From Gemmatimonadota bacterium (GTDB lineage: Bacteria; Gemmatimonadota; Gemmatimonadetes; Longimicrobiales; Gaopeijiaceae): a stretch of 64,000 nucleotides of DNA. The translations under genes and the position numbers were made by a program. A model generated the notes under the pieces. That model had not been told where the DNA came from. It did not search any database and saw only the letters and a list, made by a program, of their open reading frames with translations. Positions within the stretch are counted from its first letter, which is position 1, and each line of letters starts with the position of its first letter. The stretch covers positions 1,728,001-1,792,000 of the forward strand of contig JAXHMG010000003.1 of NCBI GenBank assembly GCA_034521595.1. The letters are read 5' to 3'. Positions 32,081 to 41,418 of the stretch are shown piece after piece.

Positions 32081-33474
32081 GCGACCTCCCTCACGGTCTC
32101 GGTGAACACCCGACCGCGTTCCTCGTAGTCGTCGAACATGTCGAAGCTCGAGCAGGCCGGGGACAGGAGCACGATGTCACCGGGCCGAGCGAGCTCCGAG
32201 GCGCGCTCCACCACCGCCTTGAAGTCGTCGCCGAGCCGAACCACGTCGACCGAATCCTCCAGGGACTCGGCGATCCGGGGGCCCGCGGAGCCGAACGTGA
32301 CCACGGCCCGTGCGCACCGCGCCAGGGTTTCCGCGAGGTCCGCGAACGCCTCACCCTTGTCCTTGCCGCCGAGAAGCGCCACGACCGGCCGGTCGAGGCT
32401 CGCCAGGGCGCTCAGGGTGGCGGACACGTTGGTCGCCTTGGAGTCGTTGACCCAAAGGACGCCACCCCGCTCGAGCACCGGCTCCATTCGATGGGGAAGC
32501 GCTCTCGCGGCCCGTAGGCCTTCAGCGATGCCGTCACGACCGGCTCCCGCCAACCTCGCCGTGAGCGCGGCCGCGAGCGCGTTCATGACATTGTGCCGAC
32601 CCAGGAGTGGAAGCTCGTTTACCGGAAGAAGCGCTTCCGGCTGCCCGGCGACGTCCAGCGTCATGACTCCGTCGGCGACGTAGGCGTGCGATCCGTCCTC
32701 GGCGGTTCCCCCGAAGTGATAGCGCGCTCCCGGAGTGTCGCCCGCGAGGCTCTCGATGCGGGCGTCCCCGTGCGGCAGCACCCAGATGCTCCGGTCGTCT
32801 CCATTCCGGAAGAGGCGGGCCTTGTCCGCATAGTAGGCATCCGCCGACGGGTACCGGTCCAAATGATCCGGAGCCAGGTTCGTGATCACACCGATATCGG
32901 GGCGTAACCTCTCGATGCCGGCGAGCTGGAAGGAGCTGAGCTCCAACACGTACCAGGCGGGCGCGGTATCGAGCAACGCGAGCTCGGAGGCGGCGGGGGC
33001 CAGGCCCCCGCCCACGTTCCCGCCGACGGCGGCCGCGATTCCCGAGGACGCGAGAAGTTGACCGGCGAGCAACACCGTGGTCGTCTTCCCGTTGGTGCCC
33101 GTCAGTGCGATCAGTGAACCCGAGTAGAACCGAACGGCGAACTCAGGCTCGCTGATCCAACCGACACCCCGATCCGAGAGACGTCGCAACACCGGAGCGT
33201 CCGGAGGGATTCCGGGACTGACGACGACCACCCCGGCGCGCGCCAGTCGCTCCGTGTCGTGTCGTCCGAGCTCCACTCGGGCTCCGACTGCCTCGAGCTC
33301 GGCTCCACGAGCTGAAGTTGCGGGGTCAGTGCGCAGATCCGAGACATAAACTTCTCCTCCCTTGGCGAGGGCCAAACGGGCGGCGGCGCTGCCGCTCGCT
33401 CCGAGGCCGATGACGGCCACACTCGTCCCGACGAACGCCTGCGTCGCGGAGCCGTGGGCCAATGGACGGTTCAT
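32077..33474 (-). CDS. murD: UDP-MurNAc-L-Ala--D-glutamate ligase
   Basis: GTNGKTT, ELSSFQL, NDSKATN and LSPACSSFDMF motifs. Confidence 0.97.
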   Translation of the reverse strand: MNRPLAHGSATQAFVGTSVAVIGLGASGSAAARLALAKGGEVYVSDLRTDPATSARGAELEAVGARVELGRHDTERLARAGVVVVSPGIPPDAPVLRRLSDRGVGWISEPEFAVRFYSGSLIALTGTNGKTTTVLLAGQLLASSGIAAAVGGNVGGGLAPAASELALLDTAPAWYVLELSSFQLAGIERLRPDIGVITNLAPDHLDRYPSADAYYADKARLFRNGDDRSIWVLPHGDARIESLAGDTPGARYHFGGTAEDGSHAYVADGVMTLDVAGQPEALLPVNELPLLGRHNVMNALAAALTARLAGAGRDGIAEGLRAARALPHRMEPVLERGGVLWVNDSKATNVSATLSALASLDRPVVALLGGKDKGEAFADLAETLARCARAVVTFGSAGPRIAESLEDSVDVVRLGDDFKAVVERASELARPGDIVLLSPACSSFDMFDDYEERGRVFTETVREVA

Positions 33475-33480
33475 GTCCGC

Positions 33481-34587
33481 TCACCTGATCTTCAGCGTGC
33501 TGATGGCGACCATGGCGCACATCAACCCGAGGATCCAAAAGCGGACGACGACCTTCGTTTCCGGCCACCCGAGCTGCTCGAAGTGGTGATGGATCGGGGC
33601 CATCCTGAAAATCCGGCGCCCTTCACCGAATCGGCGCCTCGTGTACTTGAAGTACGAGGTCTGCAGGATCACCGAGAGGGTTTCGAGAACGAACACGCCC
33701 CCGACGATCACGAGCAGGAACTCCGCCTTGAGCAGGATCGCCATCACACCGATGGCACCCCCGAGCGCGAGGGAGCCCGTGTCTCCCATGAACACTTGCG
33801 CGGGAGGCGCGTTGAACCAGAGAAAGCCGACCGCGGCTCCGGCCAGGGCGACCGCGAAGATCGTCAGCTCTCCCGCTCCGGGCAGGTAGAAGAAGCCCAG
33901 GTACGCCGAGGTGTCGACCCGGCCCGCGATATATGCGAAGACCCCGAAAGTCGCGGCCGCGATCGCGGTCAGACCCGCGGCGAGACCATCCAACCCGTCC
34001 GTCAGGTTCACCGCGTTCGACGAGCCCGAGACCACGGCGGCCGCGAACAGGACGAAAGCCGGCCCGGCGAACGCGGCGGCCACGTCCGAGAAGAACGGAA
34101 CGGTCGTCCACGTGGTCGGGTGCGGGGACATCGGGTTCCACAGGAGAAACGCCCCCAGCGCCAGTCCGAAGCTCCACTGGCCCACCATCTTGTAGCGTGC
34201 CACGAGCCCACGCGTCTTGCCCTGCACGACTTTCAAGTAGTCGTCGAGGAACCCGATGGTGCCCGTCCACAGCAGGGAGATCACCGCGACGATGACGTAC
34301 CCGTTCGTCACATCGGCCCAGAGGAGGGTCGAAAGGGTCGCCGACGCGATGATGATGACTCCGCCCATGGTGGGCGTGCCGGCCTTGCCGAAGTGTGATT
34401 CCGGCCCGGCGTCCCGGACCACCTGGCCGACTCGTGCGCGTTCGAGGTGGCGGATCACCACCGGTCCGAAGGCGAACGCGATCAGCAGCGAAGTGACCAC
34501 CGCGCCCGCGGCCCGGAACGTGATGTAGACGAACACGTTGAACACGACGTGGACGTCGGCGAGCCCGGGCAGAAGATGATAGAGCAT
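33481..34587 (-). CDS. mraY: Phospho-N-acetylmuramoyl-pentapeptide transferase
   Basis: GTPTMGG, NLTDGLDGLA, FMGDTGS and APIHHHFE motifs. Confidence 0.98.
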   Translation of the reverse strand: MLYHLLPGLADVHVVFNVFVYITFRAAGAVVTSLLIAFAFGPVVIRHLERARVGQVVRDAGPESHFGKAGTPTMGGVIIIASATLSTLLWADVTNGYVIVAVISLLWTGTIGFLDDYLKVVQGKTRGLVARYKMVGQWSFGLALGAFLLWNPMSPHPTTWTTVPFFSDVAAAFAGPAFVLFAAAVVSGSSNAVNLTDGLDGLAAGLTAIAAATFGVFAYIAGRVDTSAYLGFFYLPGAGELTIFAVALAGAAVGFLWFNAPPAQVFMGDTGSLALGGAIGVMAILLKAEFLLVIVGGVFVLETLSVILQTSYFKYTRRRFGEGRRIFRMAPIHHHFEQLGWPETKVVVRFWILGLMCAMVAISTLKIR

Positions 34588-35987
34588 CAGCCCGTCCCTC
34601 CGGCGTCTCCGTCTCCGGCGAAATCCGACTCCAACATGGGAAGCATCTCTTCGAGGGCGACCCCGCGAGAACCTTTGAGCAGGATCACCTCGTCACCCTC
34701 GAGTCGGTCTCGCAGCTCCGGGTAGGCGTCGCGCCACTCCGCGGCCGCCAGGACACGGTCACCGTACGATTCTTGCAGGCTCCGCGCGGCTTCGGCGAAC
34801 TGGCCGGTCGCGACGATCAACTCGATCTCGCGCGCGATCGCAGCCGCCAGAACCTCCGCGTGCAGGCGCTCGGATGCATTCCCCAGCTCGAGCATGGTGC
34901 CCAACACGGCCACCTTGCCGGACGATGCCTGATAGCTCTCGAGTATTCCCAAAGCGGCGCGCATGCTCTGGGGATTGGCGTTGTAGCAGTCGACGATGAC
35001 GGTCAGGTCACCGACGGGCCGAACCTGTCCGCGCAGATCCCCGGTCTCGGCGGATTCGAGTCCGCGCACCGCCCGATCGGTCGGCACGTCGAGGAACTCT
35101 GCAACGGTCAACGCGAGAAGCGCGTTCGAGACGCCATGACGGCCGGCCAGCGGAACGGATACGGGCCTGCCCCGCCAGTGGAAGCGGTAGCGGCCGAACG
35201 CGTCGGTCGCGATCTCTCCCGGGCGGGCGTTCGCGTCCGCCAGCTCACTCATCCCGGCAACCGTGACCTCCGGGACGATCCTCCGGGCCGCTGCGGGGAG
35301 CTCGGGAGGTTCGTCCCCGACCACGGCCCGGCCACCCGGGCCGAGTCCGCGAAGGAGGTCGAGCTTTTCCTCCATGACGCCCTCGAGCGAACCCAGTCCG
35401 TCGAGATGACTCTCACCCACGTTGGTGATGACCGCGATGTCCGGACGAGCGATCTCGGTCAACGTGCGGATCTCTCCGGGCTCGTTCGTGCCGAGCTCGA
35501 GGACCACGACCTCGGCTTCATCCGGGCATTCGAGAAGCGTGAGGGGCACCCCCACCCGATTGTTCCGGTTCCCATGAGTCGCGTGCGTCCGCACCGACGT
35601 GCCGAGGGCCGCGGAGAGGAAGTCCTTCGTCGTGGTCTTGCCCGTAGAGCCCGTGATGGCAACCACCGGGCACTCGAGCAGGGCGCGCCGGTGTCGAGCC
35701 AGGGCACCCAACGCCACCAGGGTATCGTTGACCGGGTACACCGTGATGTCGCGAGCCGCCGGTACCATGCGCGAAGCTATGACCCCCCGGGCTCCGCCGG
35801 CGACCGCATCGGCAATGAAGTCGTGCCCGTCGAAGCGGTCTCCCGAAAGGGCCACGTAGAGCGCCCCCGGTCCGATGGCGCGGCTGTCCGTCGAAACCTC
35901 CGTGTAGGTCGGCTCGTGGCCACCGAGATCCGTCCGGAGCCCGAGGGCCGTGCGCACCTCCAGATCGGTCCAGCGGCGGCCCGTCAT
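34587..35987 (-). CDS. murF: UDP-MurNAc-tripeptide--D-Ala-D-Ala ligase
   Basis: TGSTGKTTTK, DCYNANPQSM and LKGSRG motifs. Start ATG at 35987 overlaps the murE stop. Confidence 0.96.
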   Translation of the reverse strand: MTGRRWTDLEVRTALGLRTDLGGHEPTYTEVSTDSRAIGPGALYVALSGDRFDGHDFIADAVAGGARGVIASRMVPAARDITVYPVNDTLVALGALARHRRALLECPVVAITGSTGKTTTKDFLSAALGTSVRTHATHGNRNNRVGVPLTLLECPDEAEVVVLELGTNEPGEIRTLTEIARPDIAVITNVGESHLDGLGSLEGVMEEKLDLLRGLGPGGRAVVGDEPPELPAAARRIVPEVTVAGMSELADANARPGEIATDAFGRYRFHWRGRPVSVPLAGRHGVSNALLALTVAEFLDVPTDRAVRGLESAETGDLRGQVRPVGDLTVIVDCYNANPQSMRAALGILESYQASSGKVAVLGTMLELGNASERLHAEVLAAAIAREIELIVATGQFAEAARSLQESYGDRVLAAAEWRDAYPELRDRLEGDEVILLKGSRGVALEEMLPMLESDFAGDGDAGGTG

Positions 35988-37459
35988 TCGACCCCCAGGT
36001 CGGCCAAGGCATCGGTGACGACGAGCCGTTCGTCGAGGGGATGCTTCTCCCGACCGACGACCTGGTACCGCTCGTGCCCTTTCCCCGCGAGGACGACCGT
36101 GTCGCCGGGCCGTGCGAGCTCCATCGCCCGCCGGATCGCTTTCCTCCGATCGGTGATGCGCTCGTGCGACCGGCCACCGAGGCCCGCCTGGAGGTCGTCC
36201 AGAATGCGCTCGGGGTCCTCGGTCCGAGGATTGTCGGACGTGAGCACGACCACGTCCGCGACCTCCGCCACGACCTCGGCCATCGGATGGCGCTTGCGAC
36301 GGTCCCTTTCTCCGCCGGCCCCGAAGAGGACGATCAGACGACCAGCCGTGAGCGGCCGCACGGTCCGGAGCAAGCCCTCGAGCGCGGCCGGGGTATGCGC
36401 GAAGTCGATGAGCACCGTGAAGGGGCTCGACCGCACGACCTCCATGCGCCCGGGGATCTGCTTCGCTCGTCCGAGTCCCTCCGCAATCTCGTCGAGGGCA
36501 AGACCGACGACGCTGGCGGCCGATGCCGCCGCCAAGGCATTCTCGACGTTGAAGCGACCGGCCAGCGGGAGGCGCAGCGCGCGCGCCTCGCCCCCGATCC
36601 GCAACGTGAAGCTCGACCCCGCGGAGTCGAAGTCGAGGTCCGTGGCGCGGACCTGCGCGTCGCGTCCCACCCCGTACGTCAGCGTGTGGCGTCCGGGGGC
36701 CTGAAGCGTATCCCAGGCGGGCTCGTCCCGATTCACGACCACCGTGCCCTCGGGCACGACGAGCTCGACCAGCCGCACCTTGGCGGCACGGTAGGCCTCG
36801 AGGTCGCCATGGTAGTCCAGGTGGTCCTGGCTCAGGTTCGTGAACACGGCGACATCGAAAGCCGTGCCGTCCAGCCGTTTTTGTGCGAGCGCGTGCGACG
36901 AAGCTTCCAGCACCACGGCCTCGAACCCTTCGTCCACCAGCTCCCGCAACCAACGTGCGATCTGGACGGGTCCGGGCGTCGTGAGAGCTTCCGAGCCCGG
37001 ACGTGCACCGTCGTCGTCGACGAGCCCGAGGGTGCCGATCGCCGCGGCCTTCATGCGCGTGCTCAGAAGGTCTCGCAGCAGCAGCGTCGTGGTCGTCTTC
37101 CCGTTGGTCCCGGTAATTCCCACGGCCGTCAGGACGTCGGACGGGAAACCCATCACCCCCGCCGCTACCAGCGCCGCCGCTCGCCGTCCGTCGGAAACGA
37201 CGAGCTGGGGGATGTCGACATCCACCGGCCGCTCCACCACCGCGGCCACCGCGCCCGCCGCCTGCGCGTGGGCGACATAGTCGTGCGCGTCCTGGTCCGA
37301 GCCCAGCCAGGCCAGAAAGAGATCGCCCCGCCCCACGACGCGCGAATCCTGCGCGACGCCCATAACGTCAACGTCCTCCGCGCCGCGCGACTCCAGGAGG
37401 AGGTCGGCCGACCGGAGGACGTCACCCACCGCCACGAGCGAGCGGAGCTCCCTACTCAT
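35984..37459 (-). CDS. murE: UDP-MurNAc-dipeptide--meso-diaminopimelate ligase
   Basis: GTNGKTT, DHLDYH, DNPR (DAP-type specificity motif) and AGKGHE. Confidence 0.96.
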   Translation of the reverse strand: MSRELRSLVAVGDVLRSADLLLESRGAEDVDVMGVAQDSRVVGRGDLFLAWLGSDQDAHDYVAHAQAAGAVAAVVERPVDVDIPQLVVSDGRRAAALVAAGVMGFPSDVLTAVGITGTNGKTTTTLLLRDLLSTRMKAAAIGTLGLVDDDGARPGSEALTTPGPVQIARWLRELVDEGFEAVVLEASSHALAQKRLDGTAFDVAVFTNLSQDHLDYHGDLEAYRAAKVRLVELVVPEGTVVVNRDEPAWDTLQAPGRHTLTYGVGRDAQVRATDLDFDSAGSSFTLRIGGEARALRLPLAGRFNVENALAAASAASVVGLALDEIAEGLGRAKQIPGRMEVVRSSPFTVLIDFAHTPAALEGLLRTVRPLTAGRLIVLFGAGGERDRRKRHPMAEVVAEVADVVVLTSDNPRTEDPERILDDLQAGLGGRSHERITDRRKAIRRAMELARPGDTVVLAGKGHERYQVVGREKHPLDERLVVTDALADLGVE

Positions 37460-39443
37460 GGGTCGTCCCCGAGCGCAGGCGAACGGTATCTCCCGGAAGC
37501 ACCCGCGTTCCCGGCGGCGGCACACTCCCCGCGATTCGACCACCCCCCGAGCGTTCGACGCGCAAGCCCAACGCATGGAGACGCCGTACCGCGACCCGAG
37601 TGGGGAGTCCTCCCATATCCGGCAGGGCAACTCCTTCGCCGAGCGCCGACATGCCCCGATGCGCATCTTGGCGGGAGCCTGCCGGGACCCCGATGGGCGG
37701 CAGAGGTGGATCCGCCATCTGGCTCGCGAACGTCGCGAGCGATGCCGAGCCCGTCCGACGCGCTCCGGCGGAAGAGGAGGACCGGACGAGCGCCGCCCTG
37801 TCGAGCGGCGTGGCCCGGGCCGCGAGCGCCGCTTCCATGGTCGCCCGTGTCACCGGGGCCGCCACGGCTCCACCGTAGTATGCACCGTTCGGCCGGTCGA
37901 GCTTCACGAAGACCACGAGTTGCGGATCGTCCGCGGGAAAGTACCCCACGAACGACGAATTGTAGGCACCGGACTCGTACCCGTTCTCTCCATAGGCGCG
38001 AGCCGTCCCACTCTTTCCCGCGACCCGGAAGGTCGCCAAGCGCGCGGACCCGCCGGTCCCGTCCTCGACGACGCCGACGAGCTCCCGGCTGACGGCGCGA
38101 GCGACCCGCTCGGACACCACACGCCGGATCTCGCGGGGCTCGGTGCGCTCCACGACCCGTCCGTCAGAGCTCCGCACCTCCCGGACGAGGAAGGGCTGCA
38201 TCAAGGTTCCCCCGTTCGCGAGAGCTCCGTAGGCCATCGCCATCTGCAACGGCGTGACGGAGATCTCGTACCCGATCGCGAGCGAGGCGGCGGACTGTCC
38301 CGTCCACTGCTCGGGCCGCCGCAGCAAGCCGGCGGCTTCGCCCGGGAGCTCGATGCCGGTCCGAACCCCGAAGCCGAAGTCCCGGAGGTTCTCGTACTGT
38401 CGTCCGGGCGTGAGCGCCTGCGCGGCCTTGGCGATCCCCACGTTCGACGAAACACGCAGCGCTTCACCAACGGTCATGCGTCCCGACGAATGCACGTCGT
38501 GCAACGTGCGCCCCTCCACCGTCCACGTCCCGTCCTCGGCATCGACCGAATCGTGAAGCGACATCAGATCGTTGGAAAGAAGCCCCGCTACGGTGAACGG
38601 CTTCAAGGTGGAGCCCGGTTCGAAGGGGCTGTGGATCGCCGACAAGGAGGCCGCTTCTTCGTCGCGCACGGACACCAGGGCAAGGATCTCTCCGGTGCGC
38701 GGGTCGGTCACCAGCACATCACCGCCGCGCGCGCCCGTTCGATCGATGGCGTCGTCCAGCGCCTCGTGCGCGATTTCCTGGAGGTCCATGTCCAACGTCA
38801 GGCGGACGTTGTCACCGGACTCGGGGGAGCGCACCGTCAAACGCTCTCCGGGGATCGGACTTCCCAGATGGTCACGGGCGACGACTTCCCGCCCCGGCAC
38901 GCCACGCAGGATCTCATCGAACGCCTGCTCGATTCCCCCCACCCCACGCTCCTCCCGGACACGCCCGAGGAGGCTTCGCGCGAGGTCGCCGTGTGGGTGA
39001 TACCGCTGCAACTCCCGCTCCATCCGGAGGCCCCGCAACCCTCGGGCGTGCTCACGGATGCCGGGGGGATGCAACCCGGGAACGACACTCCACGCCCGCG
39101 AGGGTGACGTCAGGCTCTCGGCCTGACGCCGCGGGATACCGAGCTGCTCCGTCAGCAGCGTACGCGTGCCCTCGACGTCGTTCAGCTCCCGCGGGGCGAA
39201 GCTCAGTCGGTACCGTTCCCGTGACACCGCGAGCGGCATCTCGTCCCGATCGAGCACCGCTCCACGGGGGGCCGGAATTTCGGCATCGGTACGGTGCTGG
39301 CGCTCCGCGATCTGCTTCCACTCCGCCGCCTCGACGACCTGAATCTGGGCGGCCCGCGCGCAGATGACGCTCAATGCCGCCAACCACCCGACGAGGATGG
39401 TTCGGCGACGCCACGGACTCGCAGCACGCACGGTATTCGTCAC
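37452..39443 (-). CDS. ftsI: Class B penicillin-binding protein FtsI with C-terminal PASTA-like domain
   Basis: SxxK (GSTLK), SxN (SSN) and KSG motifs. Located in the dcw cluster. Confidence 0.93.
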   Translation of the reverse strand: MTNTVRAASPWRRRTILVGWLAALSVICARAAQIQVVEAAEWKQIAERQHRTDAEIPAPRGAVLDRDEMPLAVSRERYRLSFAPRELNDVEGTRTLLTEQLGIPRRQAESLTSPSRAWSVVPGLHPPGIREHARGLRGLRMERELQRYHPHGDLARSLLGRVREERGVGGIEQAFDEILRGVPGREVVARDHLGSPIPGERLTVRSPESGDNVRLTLDMDLQEIAHEALDDAIDRTGARGGDVLVTDPRTGEILALVSVRDEEAASLSAIHSPFEPGSTLKPFTVAGLLSNDLMSLHDSVDAEDGTWTVEGRTLHDVHSSGRMTVGEALRVSSNVGIAKAAQALTPGRQYENLRDFGFGVRTGIELPGEAAGLLRRPEQWTGQSAASLAIGYEISVTPLQMAMAYGALANGGTLMQPFLVREVRSSDGRVVERTEPREIRRVVSERVARAVSRELVGVVEDGTGGSARLATFRVAGKSGTARAYGENGYESGAYNSSFVGYFPADDPQLVVFVKLDRPNGAYYGGAVAAPVTRATMEAALAARATPLDRAALVRSSSSAGARRTGSASLATFASQMADPPLPPIGVPAGSRQDAHRGMSALGEGVALPDMGGLPTRVAVRRLHALGLRVERSGGGRIAGSVPPPGTRVLPGDTVRLRSGTTHE

Positions 39444-39727
39444 GAGATCGGCTCCCCTGGCAAGATCACCAGCTCCGAGGCGTCGGGGGTATGCATGTTC
39501 AACCGCTCACGGGCCAGCGGAACCACTCGCGACCGGCTCTCCAGAGCCTGGATGCCCCGCTCCAGATCGACCTGCTCGGCCCGCATCTCCGCGGATGCGC
39601 GCCGAACGTCCTCCAACTCGCGCAGGACTTCGAGCGCTCGGCTCTGTCTCCAGGTCACGAAACCCAAGGAGAGCAGGAGCACGGCCAGCGTGAGCCCGGC
39701 CTTGGCCAGAAACGAAGGGCTGATCAT
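39440..39727 (-). CDS. ftsL: Cell division protein FtsL
   Basis: TM helix plus coiled coil and 'ARERLNM', between rsmH and ftsI. Confidence 0.8.
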   Translation of the reverse strand: MISPSFLAKAGLTLAVLLLSLGFVTWRQSRALEVLRELEDVRRASAEMRAEQVDLERGIQALESRSRVVPLARERLNMHTPDASELVILPGEPIS

Positions 39728-40653
39728 GCGGCCCTCCGCCAAGCCCTCAGACGCGCGCTCCGCGCCCTCGGGTTCCGCTCGACCTCCGCCTGAGAGGGCC
39801 GGACCGGTTTCCGCGTCAGAGTCTCTCCGAGCGCGCGGCCGCGGCACCGGCACACGGGCAATTCCGGAGGGCACACGCACTCGCGGCTCCAGTCCCGGAA
39901 CGCATGCTTCACGATCCGGTCCTCGAGTGAATGGTAGGCGATCACCACCAACACGGCTTCGTTCTCCAAGGCGTCCCGAAGGGCCGGCAACGCCCGCTCC
40001 AGGCTGGTCAACTCGTCGTTGACGGCAATCCGAACGGCCTGGAAGATCCGAGCCTTGTCCCGTGCCGAAGGGGGGCGCCCGTAAACCACAGCGAGCGCGG
40101 CGACGAGCTGATCGCTCGTCTCGAACGTCTCGCTCGCCCGTCGCTTCACGATCTCGCGCGCCAAGCGGCGCGCCCGCGGCTCTTCACCATAGTCACGGAA
40201 CACCGCCACGAGTCGCTCTTCTTCGGCATTCTCGAGCAGGGTGCGGGCACTCTCCCGCCCCTCCGTATCCATGCGCATGTCCAGGGGCACACCCCGGCGA
40301 AACGCGAAGCCGCGAGCATCGGCATCGAGCTGGTGCGAGCTCACCCCCAGATCGAGCAAGGCTCCGGCGAGGCCACGGTCCCGCACCTCCGGATCGGACA
40401 GAGCTTCATCGAAGCGGGCATGGAGGAAGCGAACGCGGTCCCTGTAGGCCGCGAGCGTGTGTCGAGCCTCGCCCAAGGCTTCCGAATCGCGGTCGACGCC
40501 GAGCACCCGGCACTCCGGGCAGGCTTCGAGCACCGCGAGAGCGTGTCCCCCGGCGCCGACGGTCGCGTCCAGGAGAAGCCCGCGCCCTCGAGGCGCGAGC
40601 AACGCCAAGACTTCGTCGACCATCACCGCGGCGTGGTACTCGGACATGGTCAT
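39724..40653 (-). CDS. rsmH: 16S rRNA m4C1402 methyltransferase RsmH
   Basis: DATVGAGGH, DLGVSSHQLD, HSLEDRIVK and NPRARSARLR motifs. Confidence 0.97.
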   Translation of the reverse strand: MTMSEYHAAVMVDEVLALLAPRGRGLLLDATVGAGGHALAVLEACPECRVLGVDRDSEALGEARHTLAAYRDRVRFLHARFDEALSDPEVRDRGLAGALLDLGVSSHQLDADARGFAFRRGVPLDMRMDTEGRESARTLLENAEEERLVAVFRDYGEEPRARRLAREIVKRRASETFETSDQLVAALAVVYGRPPSARDKARIFQAVRIAVNDELTSLERALPALRDALENEAVLVVIAYHSLEDRIVKHAFRDWSRECVCPPELPVCRCRGRALGETLTRKPVRPSQAEVERNPRARSARLRAWRRAA

Positions 40654-41081
40654 CCGAACAGCTTGTGCGCGATCTGTTCGAGATCGCCGGATGCACCCTC
40701 GACGGTCGCGCGATACGTGTCCGGATCCCAGAGCTCCACCCGATCGATGTTGCCGCTCAGGAGCACGGCGCTGGTGAGCCCCGCAGCCTCCTGCAACCCC
40801 GCCGGAATCAAAATCCGTCCCTGCTTGTCGGGCGCGACCTCGACCGCCTGCGCCACGATCAAGCGGACGTTGTTCCAGGCGTCCGGATCCGTGCGCCGGA
40901 ACTCCAGGAGACGCTCCTGCACGTCCACCCACTTGGCCTCCGGGAAGAGTGTCAGGTACGGCTTCTCCCACTGAAGGAGCACGAAGCGGTCGCTTCCCGC
41001 CTCCCGCCTGAAAGCGGAAGGCAGACTGACCCGCCCCTTCGGGTCCATCTGGTGCTCGTACTGACCGACGAAGCCGTTCAC
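40650..41081 (-). CDS. mraZ: Division/cell wall cluster transcriptional repressor MraZ
   Basis: Two DxxGR motifs (DPKGRV, DKQGRI) and ELW. GTG start. First gene of the dcw cluster. Confidence 0.96.
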   Translation of the reverse strand: MNGFVGQYEHQMDPKGRVSLPSAFRREAGSDRFVLLQWEKPYLTLFPEAKWVDVQERLLEFRRTDPDAWNNVRLIVAQAVEVAPDKQGRILIPAGLQEAAGLTSAVLLSGNIDRVELWDPDTYRATVEGASGDLEQIAHKLFG

Positions 41082-41092
41082 TCAATGTCCAG

Positions 41093-41128
41093 GTGGCATA
41101 GAGTGGGTAGTAGTGGGAAGCGATGGGA
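41093..41128. promoter_or_regulatory. Putative MraZ operator: four (G/A)TGG boxes at 10-bp period
   Basis: GTGGC at 41093, GTGGG at 41103, GTGGG at 41113 and ATGGG at 41123, between the -10 element and the mraZ start. Confidence 0.75.
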
Positions 41129-41130
41129 GG

Positions 41131-41160
41131 ATAATACGGGGGCATGGAGCAGGACGTCAA
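41131..41160 (-). promoter_or_regulatory. Putative sigma70-type dcw promoter TTGACG-N18-TATTAT
   Basis: Minus-strand -35 TTGACG (41160-41155) and -10 TATTAT (41136-41131), about 50 bp upstream of mraZ. Confidence 0.7.
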
Positions 41161-41352
41161 GAGTAGATTTTTCGACATTTTCCTGGGCGCGCCACGCCAC
41201 GAATCACCCCAGAAGCCCTTGCAGAACAACGCCGATCCGGATTACCCCGTCCGACCAATTCACCACGAATACGAACAAAAACCGAAGGTGCCGCATAAGC
41301 GAATCCGAGGCGTGGGTGGGGAAAAGTGGAATAACCACTGATGCTCCCTCAT

Positions 41353-41392
41353 AAAAAAAGGGTGCCGCGGGGATCGATCCCCGCGGCACCCT
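41353..41392 (-). terminator. Rho-independent terminator downstream of the TPR gene
   Basis: Perfect inverted repeat AGGGTGCCGCGGGGATC/GATCCCCGCGGCACCCT followed by a T run on the minus strand, 26 bp after the TPR gene stop. Confidence 0.88.
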
Positions 41393-41418
41393 CGACGACC
41401 CAATGGGCCGGGTGCGTG

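Noticed and set aside
34587..36953. Apparent 788-aa MurF or MurE-MurF fusion
   Set aside because: The extension is an off-frame overlap of murE. murE has its own stop at 35984, overlapping the murF ATG.
41144..41389. Small ORFs in the mraZ upstream region
   Set aside because: They overlap the promoter and terminator, and have no recognisable motifs or supporting evidence.
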